DNA from: a bacterium
GTDB lineage: Bacteria > SAR324 > NAC60-12
DNA length: 64,000 nucleotides
Reading direction: 5' to 3'
Assembly (NCBI GenBank): GCA_965209155.1
Contig: OZ242383.1
Span: 2,080,001 to 2,144,000, forward strand
A program made the position numbers and the translations under genes. Shown in pieces: positions 21,124 to 31,139 of this stretch. The notes below the pieces were generated by a model. That model had not been told where the DNA came from. It saw nothing but the letters and a program-made list of their open reading frames with translations, and searched no databases. How positions within the stretch are numbered: position 1 is the stretch's first letter; each line of letters opens with the position of its first letter.

Positions 21124-22086
21124 TCAAAGCCCTCTCATGAACTGGAAGACGGCATCGTCCCGGCCTGGCAGCTTCTCATGGCCGAAGTCCGCATAGAGGC
21201 TCATCTCTTTGTCGGCCCGTATCTTATTGTAAGCCGCAAATTGGGTGGAAGGCGGGCAAATGGTATCCATCAACCCCACTGCCATGAAGACCTTGGCTTC
21301 GATTCGGTGAACCAGGTGTTGCACGTCGATGTAACCCAATTTGGAAAATACTTGTTCCTCTCGCCGGTGCAGGGGATCGAACAACCTGAAATACTGCCGA
21401 AGCTCGACGTATGCGTCTTTGGCAAGATCCATTTCCCAGACGCGTTGGTAGTCACAGAGAAATGGAAAATCGGGGGTAGCCAGCTTGATTCGTGGTTCCA
21501 GGGCCGCGCAAACGAGCGTCAGCGCCCCGCCCTGACTGCCTCCCATGGCACCAACCCGGGATGCGTCCACCATGGGAAATTCCATCACGAGGGCGGCGAG
21601 TTGAGCCGCATCCAGAAAAATCTGCCGGAACAACATTTTCTCGGGTGGACCATCCAGTCCCCGGATGATGTGTCCTTGCAGGGTGTTGCCTGTCACGCCG
21701 CCCTTGTCTTCCGACAAACCACCCTGTCCCCGACAATCCAGCGCCACCACGGTATAGCCCATGGCCACATATTTCAGTTTCTCGCTCCAGGATCCACTGT
21801 TTTGCGAGTAACCATGAAACATGAGGATTGCCGGATGGGGGGCTGCTTCTTCCGCAGGTCTCAAAAGTTTGGCATGTAAACGGGCACCTCCCACTCCCGT
21901 ATAGTACATGTCTTCGCATATACAGAAAGAGCACTCGAATGGAGCAGGCTTGAATTCCAGCTCCGGGTCCACGGTTCGCATTTCCTTCAATGCGGCCTGC
22001 CAAAAATCATCAAAATCATCGGGGCATGGATTGATCCCCTGGTACGTTTTCAGGGATTCCAGCGGCAAATCGAAAGTCAATGGCAT
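21124..22086 (-). CDS. Acetylxylan esterase / cephalosporin-C deacetylase (CE7)
   Basis: PDDFDDFW, DCRGQGG, GGSQGG, DTICPPSTQFAAYN and FGHE. Confidence 0.93.
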   Translation of the reverse strand: MPLTFDLPLESLKTYQGINPCPDDFDDFWQAALKEMRTVDPELEFKPAPFECSFCICEDMYYTGVGGARLHAKLLRPAEEAAPHPAILMFHGYSQNSGSWSEKLKYVAMGYTVVALDCRGQGGLSEDKGGVTGNTLQGHIIRGLDGPPEKMLFRQIFLDAAQLAALVMEFPMVDASRVGAMGGSQGGALTLVCAALEPRIKLATPDFPFLCDYQRVWEMDLAKDAYVELRQYFRLFDPLHRREEQVFSKLGYIDVQHLVHRIEAKVFMAVGLMDTICPPSTQFAAYNKIRADKEMSLYADFGHEKLPGRDDAVFQFMRGL

Positions 22087-22211
22087 AAAGCAATACTCAT
22101 CCAATCCTGGTTCTCAGGTCAGCGCTTATCTCATATTCAAGAAAAGACGTACTCTTGTCTGAAAGCGCAGTATACCATTGTCACGATGAGGCGGCAATCC
22201 ACTTTGTGGAT

Positions 22212-24599
22212 TCAATTCCCTTCTCTCAAGAGATCGAGGGGCAGCAAGGGGGACGGGTCACGGCAAGTCATGATCCAAAGCTGGTGCGCCGCACGGGTCA
22301 CTCCCACATAAAGGAGATGCCTTGCTTTCACATCATCGGGAAAGGTTTGCTCATCGACGTCGATGAGGACGACATAGTCGAATTCGAGGCCCTTCACCTG
22401 AAAAATATCGCTGATTTCAATTCCAGGCGCAAAGGAAAAATCCTGGTCTCTCACCCGGCGAAGTTGAGGGACGTCCGCTTTCTGGAGGCCATTGTAGATC
22501 AAATCGGCCTGCGCACCATAACGGGTGAGGATAGCCACGTTGGCTGTCGGTTCCCGGAGCACCGTTTCAATGAGCGCACTTCCCAAAAAAGTAACGAGGT
22601 GACCGTGGTTCTGAAAACGGAACAACTCAACCGGTCCTCCATGACGTACGGCGCTCCATTCTTGATTGACGCTCATGGGACCTATGATGGCTTTGGCCAC
22701 TTCTATGATTTCGTGGGTTGAACGATAGCCGATTTTGAGGGAGGCGGTGGCGGTTTCCGCCAAGCCGAGGTGCTTGAGCGCTTCAGACCAGTTGTTCAAT
22801 TGGGAACCCACCATGATTTGTTGGTCAAAATCCCCAGCCAGCGTGACACTTTCTTTTTTTTCAGGGGTGGTGTTCATTAAAAGCTTCAACTCGACGGAGC
22901 TGAAGTCTTGAGCTTCGTCCACAAGAATGTGGGGATAGCGGATTTGCTTGTTTTTCTTGCCACGAAAAGGCCCGAGGGTCATTTGATATAAAAGTAGAAG
23001 CAAGGTGTCGTCTTCCTCATCCAACATCTGGGGAGCAGGATCGATATTTTCCAGAATGGTTCCTGCTTCCTTATCGCTGAGACGTCGCAATCGTTCCAAT
23101 TCCCTTTCACTTCCATGTCGCTGCTCGTATTGGCGAATCGCCCATTCTCGCACCTCGTCCAATTGTCGATGGGTGAAAGTACCAGGCGCCAGTTCGTCGA
23201 AGAGAGCGGCGAGCGGTTCTCTTCGCAGAAAAGCTTCTTCCCAAACAGACACTGCCAGACTGGTCGGGTTCTTTTGCAGCTCGGGAAACAATTCTTCGAC
23301 GAGATGCTGGATACGGGTTTTGACAATGAAATGATCACAGGCTGGAATGCGAGATATCTCCTCCTCACCCCGACTCCAGTCATCCAACAGGATGATACGA
23401 CGAGCCAAAGGCCAATCCGACAAGGCATGCCACGCCTGCAAGGCAATTTGTTTTTCAGGAATATCGGGTAAGACTCGACCGAGTTGACTCAAAAAATCGC
23501 TCTCTTTTTCCCGAACTCTGATTTTCAACCATTGTAACATGACAGGATGACGTTTGATTTCGATCACGGAAACGGGGGTTTGCTCCGTGTACCGATTGGG
23601 AAGCTGTGGGAAATAACGGCGGCGGAAGCTGGCGGTCCAATTCGGATACACCCAGGATGGGGCATCTTCGACTCCCAAAGCGGGCAGTACTTTGGAAATA
23701 TAGTTGGCCATCGCTTTATTGAAAACGATCGTCATCATCCGTGAGGGAACGAAATGATTGGGTTTCAAGGCGACCAAATATGCCAGGCGGTGCAAGGCCA
23801 CGGTGGTTTTCCCGGAACCTGCTCCCCCTTCAATCACCACGACGCCCGATTCCGGTCTCGTGATCACGTCAAACTGCTCCGGGTCGATCAAGGCAGTGAT
23901 TTCCTGCAGGTGCTTGTCTCGCCGCCGATTACGACTGCCCGGTCCTTTGTCGATGCCTCCAAGAGAGACGGTTGCAGGGCGAGTGGCAGTCCCACTGCCA
24001 CCTTGCAGGAGGGAGACCGTCCGCTCCACGTCTTGCCATCCCTCGTCGGTCCGGATCAAATTGAAGCTTCCGGTATCGATACGCAGCAGTCTGCCCTCGT
24101 CGATGGTAACCGTACGCCGGACAAGCAGGACCCCTTCCATATTACGGTTTCCGAAGTCCTCATCAAAGTCTTCGCCTTCCCGGTAGCGATAATAAATCTG
24201 GCTGATGGGAGCGTGTTTCCAGTCGATGATCGGATAAATCAAATCCTCGCTGTTGTGGTGGTGATTGCCGATGAGGATATCCCGTTCGCGATCCCCCTCC
24301 TGCAGTCGAATATGAGCAAAATAAGGATTGAGGCGGTTTATCGGCAAATCCATGGCAATTTTTTCCTGTTGCTGCGCCAGGAGTACGAGCCTTTCCATAT
24401 CCGCAAGAATGGCAGGGAGATCTTCCGTGCGCGCATCGGCGATGGAGTCACGCAACTCGATGATGTCGTTGTGGTAGCTCTTTTGTTCCTCTGGCAGGGA
24501 CTGCAACGTCAGTGCGCCCTGAACTTTTACCAGCAACAAAGTCTCTTCTTCGACAATGCGTATTTGATCTGTGGTCAATCCAATTGTTTCTTGATTCAT
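22212..24599 (-). CDS. SF1 helicase-like ATPase, HelD/UvrD-like
   Basis: PYFAH, IIDW.HAPIS..YY, GGAGSGKTTVALHRLAYL, DEAQD, GDFDQ, YRST, KGLEFD and LYVGVTRA. Confidence 0.88.
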   Translation of the reverse strand: MNQETIGLTTDQIRIVEEETLLLVKVQGALTLQSLPEEQKSYHNDIIELRDSIADARTEDLPAILADMERLVLLAQQQEKIAMDLPINRLNPYFAHIRLQEGDRERDILIGNHHHNSEDLIYPIIDWKHAPISQIYYRYREGEDFDEDFGNRNMEGVLLVRRTVTIDEGRLLRIDTGSFNLIRTDEGWQDVERTVSLLQGGSGTATRPATVSLGGIDKGPGSRNRRRDKHLQEITALIDPEQFDVITRPESGVVVIEGGAGSGKTTVALHRLAYLVALKPNHFVPSRMMTIVFNKAMANYISKVLPALGVEDAPSWVYPNWTASFRRRYFPQLPNRYTEQTPVSVIEIKRHPVMLQWLKIRVREKESDFLSQLGRVLPDIPEKQIALQAWHALSDWPLARRIILLDDWSRGEEEISRIPACDHFIVKTRIQHLVEELFPELQKNPTSLAVSVWEEAFLRREPLAALFDELAPGTFTHRQLDEVREWAIRQYEQRHGSERELERLRRLSDKEAGTILENIDPAPQMLDEEDDTLLLLLYQMTLGPFRGKKNKQIRYPHILVDEAQDFSSVELKLLMNTTPEKKESVTLAGDFDQQIMVGSQLNNWSEALKHLGLAETATASLKIGYRSTHEIIEVAKAIIGPMSVNQEWSAVRHGGPVELFRFQNHGHLVTFLGSALIETVLREPTANVAILTRYGAQADLIYNGLQKADVPQLRRVRDQDFSFAPGIEISDIFQVKGLEFDYVVLIDVDEQTFPDDVKARHLLYVGVTRAAHQLWIMTCRDPSPLLPLDLLREGN

Positions 24600-24787
24600 A
24601 TCACCGTTGTTCAAACAGAAAAAAGATCTCAAATTATTGAAATATGAGCCCCCCTCTAAAATGACAAAGTAGTCATTATAACGCGTTATTCAAGGAGATT
24701 CAATTTTTTGCCGGATTTTGTTTGCCGGAAATCGAGTAACATAAGTTCGACATAAAACTTCAATAATAGGAGTATCCTGGTGTATAG

Positions 24788-24923
24788 GTCATCCTCGCTA
24801 AACTTGTCCCTGCTAAACTTGTCCCTGCTAAACTTGTCCCTGCGAAAGCAGGGAGCAGGGAGCGGGGATCCGGATTTCCGGCTGGCTGCGATTCTCTGGA
24901 TTTCTGGTCAAGCCAGGAATGAC
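24788..24923. repeat. REP/RPE-like compound palindrome with 3x15-bp tandem repeat
   Basis: gtcatcc...ggaatgac ends; gctaaacttgtccct x3 at 24797-24841; the right part is the reverse complement of the MITE core gtcattcctggcttgaccag. Confidence 0.8.
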
Positions 24924-25114
24924 AATGGAGAATAAACTCCACTACCCCTCAATTATAGATGGAGGATTCAATGAGACATACCGCCATGCAGGGAGATAGG
25001 TCTCTTTGAAGAGGATAATGACAATGGAGAATAAACTCCACTACCCCTCAATTTTAGATGGAGGATTCAATGAGACATACCGCCATGCAGGGAGATAGGT
25101 CTCTTTGAAGAGGA
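24918..25114. repeat. 99-bp-period tandem duplication
   Basis: Units 24918-25015 and 25017-25114 differ at one base (aattatag vs aattttag). Confidence 0.92.
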
Positions 25115-25126
25115 AAATAAGGGATT

Positions 25127-26122
25127 TTAAAACGAAAAATGATCAGGGCTGAATGCCTCGAACGTGGCATCCGTGTCTTCAGGTGAATAACATGAGACGA
25201 TGTGAGTATGGATACCCAGTTCCGCATAAGTCCGGATGCGCTCGTAGCACTCCTCTGCGGAACCGATTATGGCGATTTGATCCACGATTTCATCATCGAG
25301 CGCCCTGGTGGTTTTGGCCCGGTCTTTCTCAGCCCAACCTTCCCGGATGGTCGCCGCCGCTTGGGGAAAACCTGCCCAATCCAGGAATTTGTTATAGACG
25401 GGAGTGGCATAATAAGGAGCGAAACTGACACGGAAGAGATCCCGGACTCGAGCTTTGTCGTTGGTGACAACGATTTGGTGACGACAAACCACTTCGCAGT
25501 TCTCTTTGGTTTTGCCAGCTCTTTGCGCTCCCGTATTGATATGCGTCATCATCTGAGGAAGGGCTATCAAGGGAAACAGGTTGAGGATCACTCCATCCCC
25601 ATATTCAGCCGCCATCTCCAGCATTTTGGGTCGCAATCCTGCGAGATAAATCGCTTGCCTTCGCGGAGCAAGCGCTAACTGACGATAGCCTTTGCTACGT
25701 ACCGTTTCTCCTTGAAAATCCGTTTTTTCCCCGTTGAGTATTTTACGGACCAGGATGGCGGTTTCTTTCACGCGGGTCAACGGTTTTTCAAATTCAACCC
25801 CGTTCCACCCTTCCATCATGGTATGACTGGAAGCTCCTAATCCCAGGATAAAGCGACCATTGGAAATCTGGTGCAAGACCTGGGTCGTGGAGGCCAGCAC
25901 GGCAGGCGTTCGAGTGTAAACCGGAATGATGGCCGTTCCGATTCGAACCCGTTCAGTCCTTTCGGCCACTGCAACGGAAGTGGTCAATGAATCGATTCCC
26001 GAACTGTCAGCGAACCAAAGATCGTCATACCCTCGTTCTTCTGCCCAGACTGCCCGGGACAAAGTCGCCTCGACTCCTTGAGGAACGGGAAGGGTCACAG
26101 CCATTCTCAATGGGATGGACAT
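25127..26122 (-). CDS. LLM-class (luciferase-like, probably F420-dependent) oxidoreductase
   Basis: RIGTAIIPVYTRTP, GRFILGLGASS and IYLAGLRPKMLE. Confidence 0.88.
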   Translation of the reverse strand: MSIPLRMAVTLPVPQGVEATLSRAVWAEERGYDDLWFADSSGIDSLTTSVAVAERTERVRIGTAIIPVYTRTPAVLASTTQVLHQISNGRFILGLGASSHTMMEGWNGVEFEKPLTRVKETAILVRKILNGEKTDFQGETVRSKGYRQLALAPRRQAIYLAGLRPKMLEMAAEYGDGVILNLFPLIALPQMMTHINTGAQRAGKTKENCEVVCRHQIVVTNDKARVRDLFRVSFAPYYATPVYNKFLDWAGFPQAAATIREGWAEKDRAKTTRALDDEIVDQIAIIGSAEECYERIRTYAELGIHTHIVSCYSPEDTDATFEAFSPDHFSF

Positions 26123-26284
26123 TGCTTTTCCTCCTCTCTGGATGAATTTCAAATAGAATCAGATTTTGATCCCCGTTCAAAAAGCCTCACCTGATTCCAT
26201 ATCTTACGAGTAAAATGGGGATTGGCAACACTTTAACAAAAACCCGGCAAAAGAGAAAGAGCGAGTGACCAGGCTCGTTCCTGT

Positions 26285-27580
26285 TCAATCTACCAGTATT
26301 CCTCTCATTGTCTCCTGGTGGGTTTCCGTGAAAAAAACCGGGAGAATGTTGTTTTGCAATGCCGGGGGAAAGGGGGGAGAGAGGGCCACCCTGATATAAT
26401 TGTCGGTATAACCTGAAATTTCTCCCAAATCGTCGGGAGTTTCAAAAAGGACCGGTCGGGTGGTGCCCACGAACGTTTCATAAAAAGCCTTCCTTTTCTG
26501 CAGACTCAGTGCTCGCAACATCGCCGCTCTCCTTTTTTTAACTTCCGGTTGGACTCTATCTATGAATCGAACGGCTGCGGTGCCTTTTCTTTCGGAAAAG
26601 GGAAAAACATGAAAATACGCCAGTGGGAGGGATTCCAGTATTTGAAGCGTCTGTTCAAAATCATCATCGCTTTCTCCGGGAAATCCCACCATGACGTCGG
26701 TTCCAATACAAAGCCCCGGTACGCGCTCGAACGCGTCGAGTACGTCCCGTCGATAAGATTCCCGGCAATAACGGCGTTTCATCCGGGAAAGAATGGTATT
26801 GGATCCCGACTGCAGTGGCAGGTGAAGAAAAGGGACCAGTTTGTGACAGGGATCTGCCATGCGCTCCAGGAGGGACACCGGAATCGTGGTGGGTTCAATG
26901 GAACTGATACGGATTCGCGCCAGTTTCGATTGTTCTTGTAAGGCATCGATCACATCCACTAAACTGTAGGGGGAATCCGCATAAGTTCCTATGTTGACTC
27001 CGGTGATGACAATTTCCTTTGTCCCTGCCTCGATGAATGACCGCGCATCTTCGAGCAAGTTTTCAAATTGGCGACTGCGACCGCGCCCCCTTGAGAAAGG
27101 GATGATGCAAAACGAGCACATGAAATCGCAACCATCTTGTATTTTGAGGCAAGAACGGGTGCTGAGACCAGGATGTGGAATGACTGGTTCCTTGAAGGGG
27201 TTGCGCCGAATTTTGGGGTTGATCACGAGTGGAGTTCGTGATTGCCTGGCCTTCTCGATGTATCGCGGAAGATTCAGTTTTTCCGCATTTCCGATGACCA
27301 GTCGAACACCTTCCATCTGGCATAACACTTCTGCTGCCACTTGGGAGTAGCAGCCCACCACGGCAATGCAAACATGCGGATTTTTGCGATAGGCGACCCG
27401 GATGGCCTGGCGATTTTTTGCATCACTGGTTTCGGTAACCGTACAGGTATTGATCACGCAAACGTCTGCCGCTTCCGTGAACGGGACAACCTGGTAATGA
27501 TGTTGCCGGAAACTCTTCACCAACGTGGAGCTTTCCGCCTGGTTCAAACGACATCCCAAAGTATGAAAAGAGACTTTCAA
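26285..27580 (-). CDS. mtaB: tRNA t6A37 methylthiotransferase
   Basis: TLGCRLNQAE, INTCTVT, GCY, KIQDGCDFMCSFCIIP (CxxxCxxC), HVFPFSERKGT and GYTDNY. Confidence 0.92.
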   Translation of the reverse strand: MKVSFHTLGCRLNQAESSTLVKSFRQHHYQVVPFTEAADVCVINTCTVTETSDAKNRQAIRVAYRKNPHVCIAVVGCYSQVAAEVLCQMEGVRLVIGNAEKLNLPRYIEKARQSRTPLVINPKIRRNPFKEPVIPHPGLSTRSCLKIQDGCDFMCSFCIIPFSRGRGRSRQFENLLEDARSFIEAGTKEIVITGVNIGTYADSPYSLVDVIDALQEQSKLARIRISSIEPTTIPVSLLERMADPCHKLVPFLHLPLQSGSNTILSRMKRRYCRESYRRDVLDAFERVPGLCIGTDVMVGFPGESDDDFEQTLQILESLPLAYFHVFPFSERKGTAAVRFIDRVQPEVKKRRAAMLRALSLQKRKAFYETFVGTTRPVLFETPDDLGEISGYTDNYIRVALSPPFPPALQNNILPVFFTETHQETMRGILVD

Positions 27581-27588
27581 GACAACTC

Positions 27589-28767
27589 CTAATTAATTTC
27601 CGTTCCAGGTTTGATGAACAAAAGACGGTTTCCTGTTGATTCATGAGAATTCATTTCAATATTTTGCGATTTCAATTCCCATTGAATTTTGCGTCGTAAA
27701 CGAATTTTACCTTCTGAAGAAATCAATTCGATTTCCAGGTGACCGGGAGCATTTTTCAACTGACTGAGATCTTTGAATGCATAAACGCTTTCCAGGTAAT
27801 CTATGATTTTATCAACTTCATCCCGATTGTAGTTACGAAACACGATCAAATAGACAAGTCCTTGATCCCCGGTTGTCTGAAAATAATCCTTAATTTTGCG
27901 GAGAGCCGTATTGGCTGCTCGTCGCGCCGCGGTTGCTCCGATTTTTTCAAAAACTTCTTGCTTTGAGGACAGGGGAAGACCCGTTTTGAGCTTTTTTCCA
28001 CTTTCCAGGACCTCTGCTATTTGACGACCCGTGGTGACGTCATAAATACTCAAGTGAACGTCAGTTCGCATCGTCTCGAATGATCCTCGCTCCAGACCTG
28101 CTTTGCTGGTCACCATCTCGACAGCAACCAGGATATCGGATTGTCGATCCATAGCCAGGAATATCAGATTTTCAATGGGGCGATTGATCACCGCATGTCC
28201 ATCCAGGGCTTGATAGATGAGATCCATTTCATTTTCATTGAAGAGTTTGAACCCTTCCTGCCGGAAAAGGTCATATATAATGCCCAAATTTGAGGGGACC
28301 GGCGTGGAATGACGATCCAATGCGCGGGGGTCCTGTTTATGGTAAATCAGCATCAGCCGTTTACTGACAATTTTTGGATGCAACAGGCGGAGTTCCGTCA
28401 ATTTGTCATGAATCGCTTTTTCAGCAATCCATGCCCTGATTTCGACCTGAAAAACGGTATTGTTCGCAATTCGGCCTTTTTTCAGTATTTGATAGTGCGT
28501 GACGAAGTTGCGGCTGGAACTGAAAATTTCATCATCGAGGATTTCAAAGTTCCGCGCCATGATTTTTGAATCAACCAGGTCAGCGACACTTTGCTCAACT
28601 GCCTGCCGCAATGCATTTTGTAATGCTTGATCACTGGCGTTGCCGAAATTTTCGTTGAAAATCTCAGCAGTGCCCTCGCTGGTCACTTCATTGGCAGGGA
28701 GTGGAATGGCCCAGATTGCAATACAGACAATACAAAGCAAAATTCGTCGGCACACAACTCCTTTCAA
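27589..28767 (-). CDS. Exported protein with FlgT-N-like domain
   Basis: Signal peptide; EGTA...ALQNALRQAVEQ pattern; start overlaps the nuoN stop. Confidence 0.7.
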   Translation of the reverse strand: MKGVVCRRILLCIVCIAIWAIPLPANEVTSEGTAEIFNENFGNASDQALQNALRQAVEQSVADLVDSKIMARNFEILDDEIFSSSRNFVTHYQILKKGRIANNTVFQVEIRAWIAEKAIHDKLTELRLLHPKIVSKRLMLIYHKQDPRALDRHSTPVPSNLGIIYDLFRQEGFKLFNENEMDLIYQALDGHAVINRPIENLIFLAMDRQSDILVAVEMVTSKAGLERGSFETMRTDVHLSIYDVTTGRQIAEVLESGKKLKTGLPLSSKQEVFEKIGATAARRAANTALRKIKDYFQTTGDQGLVYLIVFRNYNRDEVDKIIDYLESVYAFKDLSQLKNAPGHLEIELISSEGKIRLRRKIQWELKSQNIEMNSHESTGNRLLFIKPGTEIN

Positions 28768-30239
28768 AAGGATATGCTGGTCACGGAAAGCTGGGTGAGT
28801 TGCACAAAGTCATTTGGAAATATTCCCAGATAGATGATGCCAACCGCGGTTCCCACCAATCCGGTGAGCGCCAGCAAGGAGGAAACGGACGTTGTCGGTT
28901 GACTGCTTTCCGCCGCGTCTGTTTTTGGTTGCATGTACATATAGACGATAACACGCAAGTAATAAAACAGGGAGATCACACTGTTGAGGACTGCAATGAT
29001 AGTCAACCAAATCCACCCTGCATCCAGGGCGGAATAGAAGATTTGAAATTTCCCCATGAACCCTGCCGTCAGCGGAAGCCCCAACAGGGAAAGCATGAAA
29101 ATGCTCATCAAGACCGCCAGAACCCGTTCCAAAGGACCTGCATGAGCATAGCCTGCCAAATCATCATACGTATCGAGCGTTTTGCCTTGCGAACGCACTG
29201 CCAAAACGCCAAAGGCGCCAATTCCCATCAATGCATAGGCTAACGAATAAAAAATAATACTGCTGATTGCCGCTTGAGAACCGACGACTACCGCGACCAT
29301 TACATAACCTGCATGAGCAATGGAAGAGTATGCCAACATCCGTTTGATGCTATTTTGCCGCAAAGCCATTAAATTGCCAACGCTCATGGTCAAAATGGCA
29401 ATCCACCACATCAGGTTGTCCCATCTTTCGGCATGAGGAATTCCGGTGAGAAAAATACGAATCAAGAGAGCGAATCCTGCTGCTTTCACAGCGGCAGACA
29501 TGAATGCCGTAACCGGTGTAGGGGCCCCGGAATAGACATCGGGGGTCCACATGTGAAAAGGCACCAGTGCCACTTTAAAGCCCACTCCAATGATCAGTAA
29601 AGCGATTCCAAACCCGGCCAGGGGGTTGTCCAAGGCTCCAGGCTGCTGGAGCTGGAAAATGATTTCCGGCAGGTGCGTGCTGCCTGTGGCGCCATAAATC
29701 AGGGAAATCCCATAAAGTAAAAAACCGGTGGAAAAAGCACCAAGTAAAAGATATTTCAAAGCAGCTTCATTGGAAGTGGCCATGCGACGCATCATACCCA
29801 CCAGAATGTAACTGGAAATCGACATGATTTCCAAACCAATGAAAATCACCAGCAATTCGGTGCTGGAGGTCATCAGCATCATACCCACCACTGCAAAAAG
29901 CAGCAGCACGTAATATTCACGGAAATTCATATTGTTTTCCGCAATATAATGCCAGGAAATCATCACGATCAATATACCCGTGATCATGTAAATGGTTTCA
30001 AAGAGAATGGAATATTCATCCGCAAGCACCGTGTCAAAAAAACCAACATAATTTTTGCCAAATAAAAATATCCCCACCACAATGGCGACGCAAAATCCTC
30101 CAATGGTCAGTAATGGAGCAGTCATGTTGTATTTCCTGTCGGTACCAACCAAATCGACCATCAGCACCAGGAGAGCCGTCAAGATCAAGATCAGCTCAGG
30201 AAAAATGGGAGTAAAATCACTCAAACTGATGAATGTCAT
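28764..30239 (-). CDS. nuoN: NADH-quinone oxidoreductase subunit N
   Basis: EAALKY, FKVALVPFHMWTPDVYSGAP, KRMLAYSSIAHAGY and PLTAGFMGK. Confidence 0.95.
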   Translation of the reverse strand: MTFISLSDFTPIFPELILILTALLVLMVDLVGTDRKYNMTAPLLTIGGFCVAIVVGIFLFGKNYVGFFDTVLADEYSILFETIYMITGILIVMISWHYIAENNMNFREYYVLLLFAVVGMMLMTSSTELLVIFIGLEIMSISSYILVGMMRRMATSNEAALKYLLLGAFSTGFLLYGISLIYGATGSTHLPEIIFQLQQPGALDNPLAGFGIALLIIGVGFKVALVPFHMWTPDVYSGAPTPVTAFMSAAVKAAGFALLIRIFLTGIPHAERWDNLMWWIAILTMSVGNLMALRQNSIKRMLAYSSIAHAGYVMVAVVVGSQAAISSIIFYSLAYALMGIGAFGVLAVRSQGKTLDTYDDLAGYAHAGPLERVLAVLMSIFMLSLLGLPLTAGFMGKFQIFYSALDAGWIWLTIIAVLNSVISLFYYLRVIVYMYMQPKTDAAESSQPTTSVSSLLALTGLVGTAVGIIYLGIFPNDFVQLTQLSVTSISF

Positions 30240-30499
30240 GAAAGGCTCCTTAATATGCTCGAGTCAGAAAGATAATCGGAAAATACCCGGGAGTGTAAAA
30301 TCTCCAGGAAATGATACGCCTGATTCTACCTTGTTCCGTTTCTCAAACCAAATCATTAATCAGGACTGCGGAAAAAGACAAGTCCAAATAAAGCTCATTC
30401 AAAAAATGATGCTCGTGGGACGGATACATTGCTGAAAATTTTGTCAGCGAATCAGAAATCGGTCTTCCGGTTAAAAACTTCGTAACAGCGGCAATCTCT

Positions 30500-30850
30500 T
30501 CAGTAAGTGATCATGTATAGTAAGAAAAAAGCGCCACTTACGGTCAATCCGGCCAGAAATCCCCATAAAAAAGTGAACCAACTCGAATCCATTTTGTCGT
30601 CGGAGATGTCTGATTCTGCGGAAGACGATTCTTGCTCCATTTTTTGAAGGATCTCCTCGGCCTTCTCCTGGTCCACGGGATCAATCATCAGTCGTACACC
30701 TTCCGAAAACTGCATCGATGGATAGGCGCCTCCGGCATCGTCTTTCAAAATAAAAGTTTGAATGCCCAAAGACTCCAAATGCATAGAGGCCATACGGGCA
30801 AACATCTCATTGGTAAATGTTCGCAGGACGATGAATTTTTCTGCTTTCAT
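30500..30850 (-). CDS. DUF2007-like protein with C-terminal TM
   Basis: A...LESLGI.....D...GVRLMI...D.EKAEEIL pattern. Confidence 0.75.
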   Translation of the reverse strand: MKAEKFIVLRTFTNEMFARMASMHLESLGIQTFILKDDAGGAYPSMQFSEGVRLMIDPVDQEKAEEILQKMEQESSSAESDISDDKMDSSWFTFLWGFLAGLTVSGAFFLLYMITY

Positions 30851-31006
30851 ACTGCTTCACTCTGCCGAAAATTATCAACAAATCCTTCTCCAATCTTATT
30901 TGACATATAGTGAAGGGGAAGGCAAGCGATGATATTTGACAAATTTTGGACAAAAGTCAAATTGCGCTTGACATACGAGTAGATTCCGGCAATCTTATAA
31001 TTAAGA

Positions 31007-31083
31007 CGGAGCGTAGCGCAGTCTGGTAGCGCACACGTCTGGGGGGCGTGTGGTCGCAGGTTCAAATCCTGTCGCTCCGACCA
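31007..31083 (+). tRNA. tRNA-Pro (GGG)
   Basis: 77-nt cloverleaf: cggagcg/cgctccg acceptor stem, anticodon loop ctggggg, GTTCAAATC T-loop, encoded CCA. Confidence 0.97.
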
Positions 31084-31139
31084 ACCTTTTTTATATAACC
31101 TGCTGGCATTCGCCGGATTTTCTTTCTTAACAGGAAACT

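Noticed and set aside
23754..24647. Long antisense ORFs (this one, 21178-21879, 9624-10256 and others)
   Set aside because: Shadow frames of well-supported genes on the opposite strand.
30968..31001. TTGACA/TATAAT promoter for tRNA-Pro
   Set aside because: The spacer is 22 bp, too long for a canonical sigma70 promoter.
31007..31083. tRNA-Pro as the integration site of an island
   Set aside because: No integrase and no duplicated tRNA 3' end was found in the window.
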